Origin: Chiloscyllium plagiosum
Lineage: Eukaryota
Assembly: GCF_004010195.1 (NCBI RefSeq)
Contig: NC_057719.1
Span: 48,405,896-48,469,895 of the forward strand
DNA length: 64,000 nt
Direction: 5' to 3'
Position numbers and translations under genes: made by a program. Shown here one piece after another: positions 13,006-25,811 of this stretch. Below the pieces are notes generated by a model. It ran no database searches, was not told where the DNA came from, and saw only the letters and a list, made by a program, of their open reading frames with translations. Numbering within the stretch: the first letter of the stretch is position 1; each line of letters starts with the position of its first letter.

Positions 13006-13140
13006 TCTAATCCTGATAAAGGGCTTTTGCCTGAAACGTTGATTTTCATGCTCCTCAGATGCTGCCTGACCTGCTGTGCTTTTCCAGGACCACTCTGATC
13101 TAAACTCTGGTTTCCAGCATCTGCAGTCCTCACTTTTGCC
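13006..13140 (+). mobile_element. PLE terminal fragment with decayed hammerhead motif
   Basis: cctgataaagggcttttgcctgaaacgttg...ctgcagtcctcacttttgcc; TSD atg(a/c)tgagctacc at 12993-13005 and 13141-13153. Confidence 0.85.
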
Positions 13141-14227
13141 ATGCTGAGCTACCATTTAAGTGTATCCCTTTTTAAAATTACATGTAATTAATTTTCCAGA
13201 TTATGAGGAAAATGATAAATGGTGAATGTGGTTAAACTATAGTTTGAAATTGACTTCTGACACTGTAACTTAGTGCTGCAACTAACATTTGGAAGAAAAT
13301 CACTATTTCTTCCAAATAAGTGTCCTAAGTTTTAAACTTTATAGAGTAATAGAGATAGGTAGATGTGCAGCATGGAAGCAGACCCTTCGTTCCAACTTGA
13401 CCATGCCTTTAACGGAGAGAAAAGTATTTAGAAAAAGCTAACAGCAGAGCATTACCGATGCCTTTAATTGGAAGTTGTTGCGATCCCAGCTAATCTTATT
13501 ATCAGACAGGTCAGATCCCAGATAGAACCTGGCTTGATAAATCATATTTTAGCTTTAATGAAGTAGTCTTTCATTGCATGCAATGCTGCAGATTTTCTTT
13601 TAACAATAAAACAGGTTTATTAAAAAATGATGTGAATATAAAATAGAATAAACCAAATTACAGTACAAACTCAAAGGTTTTTAAACACACTGTAAAAGTG
13701 TAATGCCATTAATCCCAAAATATTCCTTTCTAAATTGAAAAGAAAAAAGCCCCAGCTTTTGTATAGTACCCAAAACATATTTCTGATATTGTACCCAAAA
13801 CGTTATTTATGGAATCAGACAGTACAACTCATTTGTGTCGATCAGATATCCCAATTCAATCTAGTCCCATTTGCCAGCATAATATGACGTACCAACTCCT
13901 TTGATCAGTGTACTGACCAAAGAAGACAAGCGTGCCAAACACCACCTTCACCATCCTGTCTACCTGACACTCCACTTACAAGGACATTTTGTTTGGCAAC
14001 ACTCCCCAGGGCCCTACCATTAACTATACAAGTCCTGCTGTACAATACACACACTGGAGCCTCCAAATCTAACACCTGAGTAGGTCCACGTCAGTTGTGA
14101 CATCATTTGGAACTGCAGATAGCTTCTTCCTGGAGTACACCTGCTTTAAATGTACTCAGCTTTAATTACCTTCAGGCTTTTATCCCAGCACTTCTAGTCC
14201 AAGACTAACACTATCTTCTCACACTAA

Positions 14228-14425
14228 GTTTAAAAATCTCATGACACCAGGTTATAGTCCAACAGGTTTAATTGGAAGCACACTAGCTTTCGGAGCGCCG
14301 CTCCTTCATCAGGAGTGGCGCTCCGAAAGCTAGTGTGCTTCCAATTAAACCTGTTGGACTATAACCTGGCGTTGTGTGATTTTTAACTTTGTACACCCCA
14401 GTCCAACACCAGCATCTCCAAATCA
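14228..14425. mobile_element. Palindromic PLE-terminus insertion
   Basis: ~160-bp near-perfect inverted repeat (about 14228-14389). Perfect 12-bp TSD ttctcacactaa (14216-14227 and 14426-14437). Minus strand carries CTGATGA-A-GGAGC-GGC-GCTCC-GAAA-GC-TA. Confidence 0.85.
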
Positions 14426-15479
14426 TTCTCACACTAAAGTAACTTATTTTACAATATGAACATCAGTCTGTACATTCCAAGGACTTCAGAGGACTGCTAC
14501 ATTTGTAGTAAAAACTGAAAGTCAGAAATCTCCCTGTCTAAGCTGTGGGTGTTTCTTGTAAGCTTTACAAAAAAACAAGTTCCAGATATCTCTACTAAAT
14601 CTTGAGGTCCCATTATTTATTTGAAATATGTATTTAAAATAATGTAATTTCAACAGAAGTCCACTGGTGGTGTATAAAATCTATTCACTCTAAGGCCAGG
14701 CCAAAAAAGCTATTTTAAAAGATATCGCCATGACTACTGGAACACTTACAAAAATTAACTATTTGTTTCAGACATCCAGAAACCCAAATCTACATTAATA
14801 AATATATATTATATAAAGTCATGGCATTTACATCACAAAATAAGCATTTATGAGTAGGCATTACACTTTCAAATGAAGAAATAATATATTGAAAAATGTT
14901 TTACATTGTGATACAGCTCATTATAAATCTATATCGCCATCAACAGACTGTTCAGTTTTATAAAAAAAGTACTTTATTCAAAATAGCCAGAGAGCAGCGA
15001 CGCTGAAGAAGCTATAAAGTACTAGTTTTCTCAGATGACCACGTTATTTGTTGATATTTCTTAAATTATAATTTAAATATCTTTGCGCAGATATTAAGGT
15101 ATGCCTTACTCTTACAAGGTGTAATGCTTTAAACAACAACACATAAAAACTGACGGAATATAAATCAAAATATCTGTGATTGTGACCAGACATAGGGAGT
15201 GATTTACCCTTGCCTGGAGTTGGCGCGAATCAACAGTGGACAGAAGAAATATTGGGGTGAACTGACCCTGTATAGAAACTCAGCTTCTTCTTGCCACATA
15301 CATTCTGGGCTAGTAAATCGATGAGCGGCTTTTTCAATCTGCCACCAATTAAAACGCTTAAGTGATTACTAATTGTTACGGATTTCAATTTGCTATTTCT
15401 ACAATCGATTGCCTCCCCAGCAGGCTCAAAAAGTGGCTAATGGGAAACCTGAGTGACCTTCCTGCTGGATAATGGGATG

Positions 15480-15990
15480 GTGAATGGCATGAGAGGCCCC
15501 TGCTTCTTAATTGTTCCAGTCCACATGTTGAGTTGGTAGAGATCATGGGTTTGAGAATCTTTTGTAGAAGCAGCCTTGGCAAGTTTCTGAATGCATCTTG
15601 TTGATGTTTACACTGCAGCCTCAATGTTTTGATAGTAGAGGGAGTGAATGTTTGAGGTGATGGATGTGTCCCTGATCAAGTGGACTGCTTTGTCTTGGGT
15701 GATGATGGGTTTCTCAAATGTTCTTGGAGCTCCAATCATCGAAGCAAGTGGAATTCATCACACTGTTGATCAGGGCCTTGTTTGCAGCCTTTTGGAGTCA
15801 GGAACAGAATTACTTGTTGCAGAATTCCCAGTCCCCAGTGCTTCTGTAGTCGCTGTATTTAAATGCTAATCCAGCTGAGCAGTCCTTCGGCTTCATAATG
15901 CTGTTAAATGTCAAGGACGGGTGATTGGACTGTCATTTGGGATTGCCATTGCCTGCAGTTTGAATGGCACAATTGTTATTTGCCACCTAT
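15480..15990 (-). mobile_element. Decayed second-family CR1-group LINE fragment
   Basis: Reverse-complement similarity by eye to 45770-46300 and 50420-50700. Confidence 0.55.
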
Positions 15991-16312
15991 CTGCTTTTTA
16001 AACTTGATTACACTTCAAGCATCAGCTATTAGGAGTAACAGCAACAGGGGTAGTATGCTAGAATTTTTTGCTGCAAGTGTGAAGACTTTGCAAGTTCTCC
16101 AACTGCTCTAGTTGGTATGCTATAATTGCAAGACACTATATACTGGAGCTTCTTTTTTTTTCTAAAGAAGCAGAGGAATTGTTTAATAGAAGTTTCCATT
16201 TTTTAGGCATTTGCAGTGGAGTCAACTGTGTTAGGGTGCCTGTGTGGTCCCATGCACAACTCTATTCTGTGCTGCTCAAACAATTTGTTGGCAACTATTT
16301 GTGTTGTGTGTG

Positions 16313-16570
16313 CATAGAGTCATAGAGTTATACAACACTGAAACAGACCCTACGGTCCAACTTGTCTGTGCCGACCAATCATTCCAATCTGACCTAGTCC
16401 CATTTGCCAGCATTTGGCTCATATCCCTCTTAAACCCTTCCTATTCATATACCCACTCAGATGCCTTTTAAATGATGTAATTGTACCCATCTCCACCACT
16501 TCCTTTAGCAGCTTGTTCCATACATGCACAGCTCTCTGTGGGAAAAAAAAGTTACGTCTCAAGTCTTTTA
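16313..16570 (-). mobile_element. CR1 LINE 3' end, ~150 bp upstream of the PELI2 exon
   Basis: catagagtcatagag tail; homologous to 18273-18558 and reverse-complementary to ~56190-56427. Confidence 0.85.
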
Positions 16571-16726
16571 TTTTAAATCTTCTAATTTGCAAGCCAAATT
16601 ACTATTACTAAAGGCCCCATACTGCGTTTTTGAAGCAAACACACTGATCAGAAACATTTATAATGATAGATTAAGGCCCAATTATTTCAGATTGGAAATT
16701 TGCTGCAACTTTTGTTTTGTTCACAG

Positions 16727-16856
16727 ATACAATGGTTCTCTTCCAAATGGAGACAGAGGGCGCAGGAAAAGCAGATTTGCTCTTTACAAACGATCCAAAC
16801 CTAATGGAGTCAAGCCCAGCACGGTGCATGTTATTTCTACTCCTCAGGCTTCCAAG
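16727..16856 (+). CDS. PELI2: Pellino-2 E3 ubiquitin ligase, internal coding exon (exon 2 equivalent; N-terminal FHA-core region)
   Basis: Translates (G)YNGSLPNGDRGRRKSRFALYKRSKPNGVKPSTVHVISTPQASK, recognised as Pellino. From memory, ALYKR and VHVISTPQASK match PELI2 rather than PELI1. Acceptor ttttgttttgttcacag| and donor AAG|gtatgt; 130 bp, phase 2 to phase 0. No other Pellino exon found in the window. Confidence 0.93.
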
Positions 16857-18272
16857 GTATGTGACGAAATGGTTGGAATAACCATTATTAGAATCACAGT
16901 AGATTTTGTGCCACTTGAGTTTTCTTGTTGGCCTAATTTCCGTTCCCTCATTTATATTGCCTTTCAGTGGACCTAAACAGTTTTTGAATTTTTAAAATGA
17001 TATTGTGCTTGCTATTGCGTAAGACATTGTATACACACCTTGGTGCCATTTTTTCTATTTACGCCTTTCTCCGCTGTTTACAAAGCAGCAGCATATTCAC
17101 AACTTGCAATGAGTTTTAGTAACTTACTTTTTAAAAGTACAGTAAATCCATCCTCAGCCCTTTGTTGAAAAGCAGTCCATTTCCCAATTCAGTCCACAAT
17201 CAAAAATAAAGGAAATTAAAAAAAGTCTTTACAGCATTACTTTTTAAAGTTAGTGCAGATTTCTATATTAGTGTACATTGTTGAATTCCAGCACCCAACA
17301 ACTATATTCAAGTTTAGCATACAATACTCACAGGGTAAACTTCCTCTAAACTAGTCATGAGAGTTGCATCATAATTACCTCAATGAGCTGTTAAATGAAC
17401 TCAAACTGTCTTGTCTACCTCCTATTTGGTGCTTCCCTGTCCTGATTGTTACCAGTGTCCTATTTCTGTCTTCCCCACCTCCCATTCCCCAGTATTTTCT
17501 GAACCCTTTTTCCTTTCCACACCTGTCCAAGACCTGGTGCCAAAGGCCTGATCACCTTCCAATCTGGCTGGTGAGGGAAACATTTCCAAGCTTCTGAACA
17601 ATGGATTTTAAAATGCAGTTGTTGAGAAACTTTGGATCATAAAATCAGTTTGAGCACAATATTGGATGAACTGCTTGAGACATTGGTGGCAGTTGTGTGA
17701 GAGACTATAGGATGCATAGCAACCAGGGTCACATTATGTCCTCCTTCTGCCCTATGTACCCCAATTCGCACCCTGTTTTGTTGGATTATTCCTCATTCTT
17801 ACAAGTGGTTATATTTATTTCTTTATTAGTATTCATTTTGAGTGAAAGAGAACATTTTAATTTACAAATTATGAACAAGTTTCTGCCATGTGTTTTCAAG
17901 ATTAAAGGTGGCAGAATGGTAATGCCTTTGGACTAATAATCCAGAATTCTACCAGAGTAGCTGGTGAAATGTAGGTTTAATTAATTTAGGACTCTCTTGT
18001 GGCATGGTCTGAGCCAGGAGGCCCAAGTTCAAGCCCCACCAGCTCCAGGGGTGTGTAATAATTTTTCTGAACAGGTTGATTAGAAAACCATCTTGAAACT
18101 GCTGAAATGAATTTCCTTTGGGGATATAACAGTCTCTTTACTTAATCTGTCATTCAAGATATGTACAGTTGTTTGGCAATGCTTGATGACATTTTGTCAT
18201 CTATAGGGAGAAGTTGCTCATTTTAATTATAATCCAACTGTCTATTAATTATATTCAACTTGAATAAATGTA

Positions 18273-19810
18273 GATAGAGTCATAGAGATGTACAGCATGG
18301 AAACAGACCCTTCGGTCCAACTCGTCCATGCCGACCAGATATCCCAACCCAATCTTGTCCCACCTGCCAACACCCGACCCATATCCTTCCAAACCCTTCC
18401 TATTCATATACCCATCCAAATGCCTCTTAAATGTTGCAATTGTACCAGCCTCCACCACATCCTCTGGCAGCTCATTCCATACATGTACCACCCTCTGCGT
18501 GAAAAAGTTGCCCCTTAGGTCTCTTTTATATCTTTCCCCTCTCACCCTAAACCTATGCCNNNNNNNNNNNNNNNNNNNNNNNNNNNNNNNNNNNNNNNNN
18601 NNNNNNNNNNNNNNNNNNNNNNNNNNNNNNNNNNNNNNNNNNNNNNNNNNNNNNNNNNNNNNNNNNNNNNNNNNNNNNNNNNNNNNNNNNNNNNNNNNNN
18701 NNNNNNNNNNNNNNNNNNNNNNNNNNNNNNNNNNNNNNNNNNNNNNNNNNNNNNNNNNNNNNNNNNNNNNNNNNNNNNNNNNNNNNNNNNNNNNNNNNNN
18801 NNNNNNNNNNNNNNNNNNNNNNNNNNNNNNNNNNNNNNNNNNNNNNNNNNNNNNNNNNNNNNNNNNNNNNNNNNNNNNNNNNNNNNNNNNNNNNNNNNNN
18901 NNNNNNNNNNNNNNNNNNNNNNNNNNNNNNNNNNNNNNNNNNNNNNNNNNNNNNCCTAGCACCGATCCTTATGGCACTCCACTGGTCACAGGCCTCTAGT
19001 CTGAAAAACAACCCTCCACCACCACCCTCTGTCTTCTACCTTTGAGCCAGTTCTGTATCCAAATGGCTAGTTCTCCCTGTATTCCATGAGATCTAACCTT
19101 GCTAATCAGTCTCCCATGGGGAACCTTGTCAAACGCCTTACTGAAGTCCATACAGATCACATCTACTGCTCTGTCCTCATCAATCTTCTTTGTTACTTCT
19201 TCAAAAAACCCATTAAATTTGTGAGACATGATTTCCCATGCACAAAGCCATGTTGACTATCCTGAATCAGTCCTTGCCTTTCCAAATAGATGTACATCCT
19301 GTCCGTCAAGATTCCCTCCAACAACTTGCCCACCACCGAGGTCAGGCTCACCAGTCTATAGTTCCCTGGCTTGTCTTTACCGCCCTTCTTTGCCAACCTC
19401 CAGTCTTCCGGCACCTCACCTGTGACTATCGCAGCAAGAGGCTCAGCAATCACTTCTGTAGCTTGCTACAGGGTTCTCGGGTACACCTGATCAGGCCATG
19501 GGGATTTATCCACCTTTCACCGTTTCAAGACATCCAGCACTTCCTCCTCTGTAATCTGGACATTTTGCAAGATGTCACCATCCATTTCCCTACAGTCTAT
19601 ATCTTCTATATCCTTTTCCACAATAAATACTGATGCAAAATATTCATTCAGTATCTCCCCCATTTTCTGTGGCTCCACACAAAGACCGCCTTGCTGATCT
19701 TTGAGAGGCCCTATTCTCTCCCTAGTTACCCTTTTATCCTTAATATATTTGCAAAAAACCCTTTGGATTCTCCTTAATTCTATTTGCCAAAGCTATCTCA
19801 TGTCCCCGTT
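18273..19810 (-). mobile_element. CR1 LINE (ORF2 3' half and tail) spanning an assembly gap
   Basis: [36 protein letters not shown] and HRFRVRGERYKRDLRGNFFTQRVV; tail atagagtcatagag; N gap at 18560-18954. Confidence 0.92.
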
Positions 19811-21034
19811 GTGATAAAGAATCTTTTTGAATTAATGAGAATCCAAGTTTAGAATTAATGTAAGATCATTAGTTTGATAACATTCTTATAATTTGAAAAC
19901 TATGCATTTCAGCGTGTAGATCAGTATTGTTTTTAATTCTTGCGATGCTTACAAAGCTAGTATTTGTTACCTGTTCCTAATTGCCTTTGAACCAAGTGAC
20001 TCATCTATTTACAGGTAGTTCAGGGTCAATGACATTGCTGTTGGTCTTTTCTTCCCTAAAGGACATTGGGGCAGGGTGTATGGTCAGGTCTACAGAATCA
20101 GGATCAGCTCTATGTTGTGTGGAGAACTCTAATCTTGCAGTGATCAATTAGTGGCTAGATGGTGGGTGTGCAATCAAATTAAGGACATTAAATGGACATT
20201 CAAAGTTCAAGGGCCAAAAGGAAGCCCTCCAGCATGGAAGATGAAACAACCTGCCTTTTAAATTAGGGTCTTAAGCAATCTCATAAAGTGAAATAATTTT
20301 GATGTAAAATTAACTAGTTTACAGTTAAATGATAACATTATTGATTTTAAGAATGTTTTATGTATATGCGCATTGCTCATTTATATCAGGATTTCAATGT
20401 TTGCATTTTCTTGCCTACAGAATTCCTATTCCCTTTCTGTAACTAACATAATTTTTCTCCTGGAAGTACTTGTAATTTTATTTGTAGCCTTATTTCTGTA
20501 GTTTTACCTCTAATTAAATTTCAGAAGCCCACCAGCCTTCTGTCTCCTTCCATGTTCATTGGCTCAAAGTCACCCTCTCAACACTGGATATACCTACATC
20601 ACAAACACTGAAGTACTTCAAAAAGCTGTCTTTTCTCTATCCTCTTGAAGGCTATTGGGTTTGGAAAACAAAGGATCTTGCTAGTCATGCCAACTTCCAT
20701 GAATGAATAAAACACAACTTTTGCCATTACTTGTCATCAGATACTTTGCTTTCAGTCTGCATTCCAGCCATGTAAGGTAGCAAGCAGGTGGTACTGCACT
20801 CAACTGGCCGGTATGCCAATTAGCTAACACCATCCTGTCACCAGTACTTGTCCGGAGATGGGATAAAAACAGCAAGTCTATCCACACGGAAGTGACAGTA
20901 TCATTCATGACCTTTAAAAACCTATTAAGGCTCAGTTTCCATTTGGCCTCAAGGTCTTCTGAGGAGTTGGGGTTTAGGCCAGTTGCCTGGAGATAGATTT
21001 CTATGGGTGGAGTCGGGGCTAGCACTCTGGACAG

Positions 21035-22752
21035 TATAGTGATTGCAGTGACGTTAACCAGGTGGAGCTTATAGAATGAGTCCCTGATTGAATCAGGCTA
21101 ACAGCACTAGTCAGAGAGCTCTGGCTGACAGAAGTAACCAGGAGTGTCAGAGGTTCTGTTCACTTTGATGCTGGCTCTGAGGAAGCTGGATCAGTGTCAA
21201 GGACTCTCCATATGTAAATAAAGGGTGATTCAGTTATGGGTTACCTGCCTCTGTGGAATTATATCAGTCGTGACGAGAGAGAAAAATACGTTCCTGAAGA
21301 AATTCACTCACAATAGTCATCTTTGAGTTGGGGTAAGCATTTCTGGTATTGTGCCCTTATTTGGGAAACTTGACTCATTCGATACTGCCATTGAAGACTG
21401 TGTCCACTCAAAGTGGTTAGATATGCATAGAGTTCATTTGTCAAACATGGGAACGATAATAAAAAAATGCTGCGAGCATGTTATGCAAAACGTGACTCCT
21501 GGAAATGTTGGTCACAGACATTGAGCTATCATTTGCCAGCAGAGAATTTGAGTATTTCCTAAAGTTGAATAGCATTTTGCATATAAGGACAGTCCAATAC
21601 CATCTATCGTCTAATGGTCTCATGGAAAGTGCAGTGCAAACTTTGAAGGCAGGCTTAAAGAAACACCTACAGCTTCACTCGATGCCAAATTGCCCCAGTT
21701 CCTATTTGTTTGTCGGACCACCGCTCATGCATCTACAGGCACAGTTCCAGCAGATTTGCTAATGGGGAGAAGGTTCTGCATCAGGTTAAATTTGATCTTC
21801 CTGGATCTGGGGGTGGGTGGGCAAGTAGAACAACAGCAGGAATGCCAATGCCAACTACAAGACTCCTCTATGCGAGAGAGACACCTTACTTCAGGGGATG
21901 AAGTTTGACGATTAAACTGTGGAAATGGCCCTGCATAGATAAGAGGCCTGGTCAATGTGAGGTCAGGTCCCATGGCTTACAAGTTTCAGGAAGGTGATAT
22001 GGTCCTGAACAAGCATGTGGACCCCATGAAAGTTGCAAACTCTCAAAACATATCTGGCCTCTCAGAACAGCTGGAAAGGCTGTCGGAACCTGTGGGTTCA
22101 TACCCTCCATCTAGTGTCAAAGAAATCTCAGAGTCTGATATGGTGGATGTTACAGCCTCAACGCCTTTACCACCTGAAGAAAAGGATGAATTTCTTCTGA
22201 GACACTCTGGACGCAAGAGACACTCCAATACATGCTGTCCTTATCCAAAGCTGAAATGAAGGAACTGGACCTGGTGTGGAAATGCCCCAGGAGAGACTAC
22301 AAGAAAAAGAACAAGCCTGTGACTCCAGACTACGAAGGAGAGGGATGTAGTGATTATAATGAGGTCAGTCAGGTGGGACTTTTATAGATTATGAGTTCCT
22401 TGATTGGGACTGTTATCTATATCGAATCAGGAAGCCCTGGCTGACAGATATAAACAGGAGGATCAGTGGTACTGTTCATTCTGAAGCTGTTAGGAAGCTG
22501 GATAAATAGGAACTGGGACAATTTATATTGAATGAAGATGTAGGCTGTTTGTTTAAGCCTGCCTTCAAAGTTTGGACTGTTCTTTCTGCCAGACCATTGA
22601 ACGGTGGCAGGTATAGAGCTGTCTTTATTTGCCGAATGCTATTTGACTTGAGGAAATATTCAAATTCTCTGCTAGCAAATGACAGCAAGTACTTTGCACC
22701 TATAAATCAAGGGCGACTTGGTGATGGGATACCAGCCTCAGTGGAATTAATT
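21035..22752 (+). mobile_element. Internally deleted Gypsy-like LTR retrotransposon (LTR, gag start, integrase C-terminal half, PPT, LTR)
   Basis: Similar LTRs at ~21035-21266 and 22346-~22752 (t(a/g)tagtgatt...gtggaatta). PBS-like gtcgtgacgag. Integrase residues VTD..SFASREFEYFLKLNSI..HLSSNGLMESAVQTLK. Purine tract gaaggagaggga before tgtagtg. Confidence 0.8.
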
Positions 22753-23169
22753 GAGGCCGTCCCATGTGCATGGTTTCAGCTGCAGCTGTAAGCCAGTGTG
22801 TGAAGGAGGTTTTTTTTGCCTCCTCAACAATAATGGTAGTTTTTTTAGCCTTAAAGTTTACAAACTGTTTCATAATTTAGGATACCCAGTTTAATAAAAA
22901 GCAAATAAAGTCATGTATTTGATAATGTATTTGATTGTAATGTACGAAATTTGGAATTTAGACTTTTTGCCCTGGTATAATTTTCAGTGACCAACATTTT
23001 AAATTCCAAGTGTGAAGAGGACGTGCTTCTGTTTCAATTTAGATTCTTCTTTTCTGTTCTTAAAAAAAAAAGCTTGTATAAAACTCTAGTTAACAAATAG
23101 TTGAGCCCTAACCTTTTTCTCACTACCTGATACTTTTGGTGTGCTGCTAGGAATATGTCCCTGCCTCCT

Positions 23170-24425
23170 CTGCCTCCAGAGGCCCTAAGCATCACAGATG
23201 CCAGCTTTCAGCTAATTTGATTCCTTTTATATGATGTCAGGAAATGGTTGGAGATGCTGAATACTGCAAAGGCAATGAGCCATGACAACATTCTGGCATA
23301 GAACTGAAGACGTATGCTCCAGGAATTTCGACAAACCTGGCCAAACTGTTCTGGAATAGCTATAACATTGGCATCTATTTGACAAAGAGGAAATTGCCTA
23401 GAATTGCCTTGTACACGAAAAGCAAGAAGAATCTAACCTAGCCAGTTATCATCTCATAAGTCTTCACTTGATCATCATCATCAGTAAAGTGATAGAGAAT
23501 GTCATCTGCAGTGTTATCAAGCAGGACCTGTTCTGCAATAACCTGCTTATTGATGCCTAGTTTGCGTTCTGTCAAGGCCAATCTATTCCTGACTTCAGTA
23601 TAGCCTTGGTTCAGACATAGACAAAAGTGATGAATTTCAGAGGTGAGATGAAAATGACTGTCCTTGACGTCAAGGACACATTTTATCAACTGTGACATCA
23701 AGGAGTCCTAGCAAAACTTGAGTCGCTGGTAATCGGAGGAAGAAAACTTTCCAGTGTTCGAGTCATACCTCGCAGATAGGAAGATGTTTGAGAATGTTGG
23801 CAGCTTACCTCACTGCTCCAGGATGTGTCTGCAGGAGTTCCTCAGGGTAGTGTGCTAGGCCCAAACATTTTCAGCTTCTTTATCAATCAAGAAGTTTGCC
23901 GATGATTGCACAATCTTCGGCCCCATTTATGACTACTTAGATATTGAAGCAGTCCACGTCCAAATGTAGTAAGAACTGGACAATATCCAGGCTTAGAGTG
24001 AAAAGTAGCAAATAATATTTACACACACAAATGCCACGCAATGACAACCTAACCATTATTCCTTGGTGTTACTTCAATAAGTAACTGGCTTCCTGACTCA
24101 CTAAAGCCTGTGCACCATCTAAAAGACACAAGCAGTGTGATGGAATATTCCTCACCTGCTTGGATAAGAGTAACTCTAGCAACACTGAAGAAGCTTGACA
24201 CCACCCAGGACAAAACAGCCTGCTTGATTGGCACCTTGATTTACAAACATCCAGTTCCTCCACCAATGATGATCAGTAGCAGCAGTATGTACCATGGGTC
24301 ATATTCCTAATGGAATTGTGGGTCTGCCTGCAGCACATCACTGGTTCAAGAAGGCAGCTCACCACCATCTTCTCAAAGGTAACTATGGACAGGCAATAAA
24401 TGCTGGCCCAGCCAGTGACACCCAT
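23170..24425 (+). mobile_element. Decayed second-family CR1-group LINE (RT and 3' end)
   Basis: gcaggagttcctcagggtagtgtgctaggccca = [16 protein letters not shown]; 3' end ggcaataaatgctggcccagccag. Confidence 0.8.
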
Positions 24426-24519
24426 TATTAAAATTAAACAAATATACTGCAAGATTTTGAAAATGAACATGTTAAATTAATATTTAAAACAAAACCACAT
24501 TTGTCTAAGTATCTTAGTA

Positions 24520-25142
24520 ACCATAACACTTCAGAGTAGAAGTAGGCCATTCAGTCAAATGCATTTGTTCTGCCATTCAGTGACCACGGCTGATCTAATA
24601 ACCTTTAATTCCAATTTGTTGCCTTTCCCCCATAGCCCTTGGTTCCCTTTTGATTGAAACTCTGTCATCTCAGCCTTGTATATACTTAAAGACTCAGTGT
24701 TTGTGGTAATATTTAAAAATAAATTTAAATAATATCCAGCTCCTCTATTCTTATTGCTAAATTACGTAACCTCTCATTTTTCCACACTACATTCCATGTC
24801 AGATTTTGCTCACTTGCTTTACTTCTCTGTATTCCCACCGTTGACTCTGTGTCATCCTCACCACTTACCTTCCCATCTATATCTGTGCCATCTGCAAATT
24901 TGGCTATAGTGCATTTACTGTTAGTTATTAATGTATGTTATTTACAGTGGCCCCAGCCCTGATCCCCATGGCACTAGTTACAGATTGCCATCCTGAAAAT
25001 GCCCACCTAATCCCAATTCTATGTCTTCTATTAATTAGCTATTTGTCTATCTATGCTAATATACTATCTCCAACATCATTGGCTCTTTCTTGTTAAGCAT
25101 CTTAACGTGTAGCACCTATAAAAATGCCTTCAAAAATCCAAA
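24520..25142 (-). mobile_element. Decayed CR1 LINE fragments
   Basis: 3' end resembling 36108-36250 and 62693-62830; reverse strand FADGTDI is a FADDT-like motif. Confidence 0.6.
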
Positions 25143-25144
25143 TA

Positions 25145-25811
25145 CAGAGAAATCAATTATCTGAACGAGATGGGCAGGCACTATTTCATTTGGATAATTG
25201 ATGGAAAGATTATCTGGGGAAGGGGGTTTAGGGTGCACCCCTCTGAGCCTTTGCTCTGGGGCTCAGAGTTTTTTCAATCTGTTTCATGTTCAGGATACGA
25301 GGCAGCAGCACATTGCGCGCGGGCCCCTGCCCCAGCCCAACACCGCCCGCCCCCAACCATGTCCAACACTGGCCCGCCGTGTGCCGTCCCGCTCCCAAAT
25401 CCACCCCGCCCCCACTCCAGGGCAGCCGGACTGGACACCAATAACAAGACTGCTGCTGCTGCCTTTTGTGGGGGGGGTGAGTCTCCAAATAGCACTTGCA
25501 TAGTCTCTCACACACACATTTTATTGCAACTTTTTGACAGGTTCTACCTTTGCCCTGTACAAAACAATTTTGGAAAGATTATCTGGGGAAGGGGGTTTAG
25601 GGTGCACCCCTCTGTAGAACTCCAAGGAAAGTGTGGGGAGAGAGGGGGCACGCAGTCAGTCGTTTGGAGATGGTGCCTGTTTAACCACTGTAAACAAAAG
25701 ATGCGATCAGTGTTGGAAATACACCTTTGATGTAATGTTTCTATCGGGACCTCGAGATCTCCTTCGGATAATCCGATATTCGGATAAATATCAGATAATC
25801 GAGGTTCTTTT
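25145..25811. mobile_element. Tc1/pogo-like MITE with GC-rich interior and a 43-bp internal direct repeat
   Basis: ta|cagagaaatcaattatctgaa at the left and cagataatcgaggttctttt|ata at the right; subterminal cggataat repeats. tggaaagattatctggggaagggggtttagggtgcacccctctg occurs at ~25202 and ~25570. Confidence 0.65.

Noticed and set aside
13477..14837. Possible solo LTR (tgttgcg...catcaca) interrupted by CR1 and PLE pieces
   Set aside because: Only TG/CA termini support it; there is no second copy or clear TSD in the window.
16524..16976. 150-aa ORF as a complete gene
   Set aside because: Only 16727-16856 is Pellino-like and it has canonical splice sites; the rest is intron or CR1 read-through.
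18255..19011. Long ORFs across N runs (also 51499-52717)
   Set aside because: Artefacts of assembly gaps.
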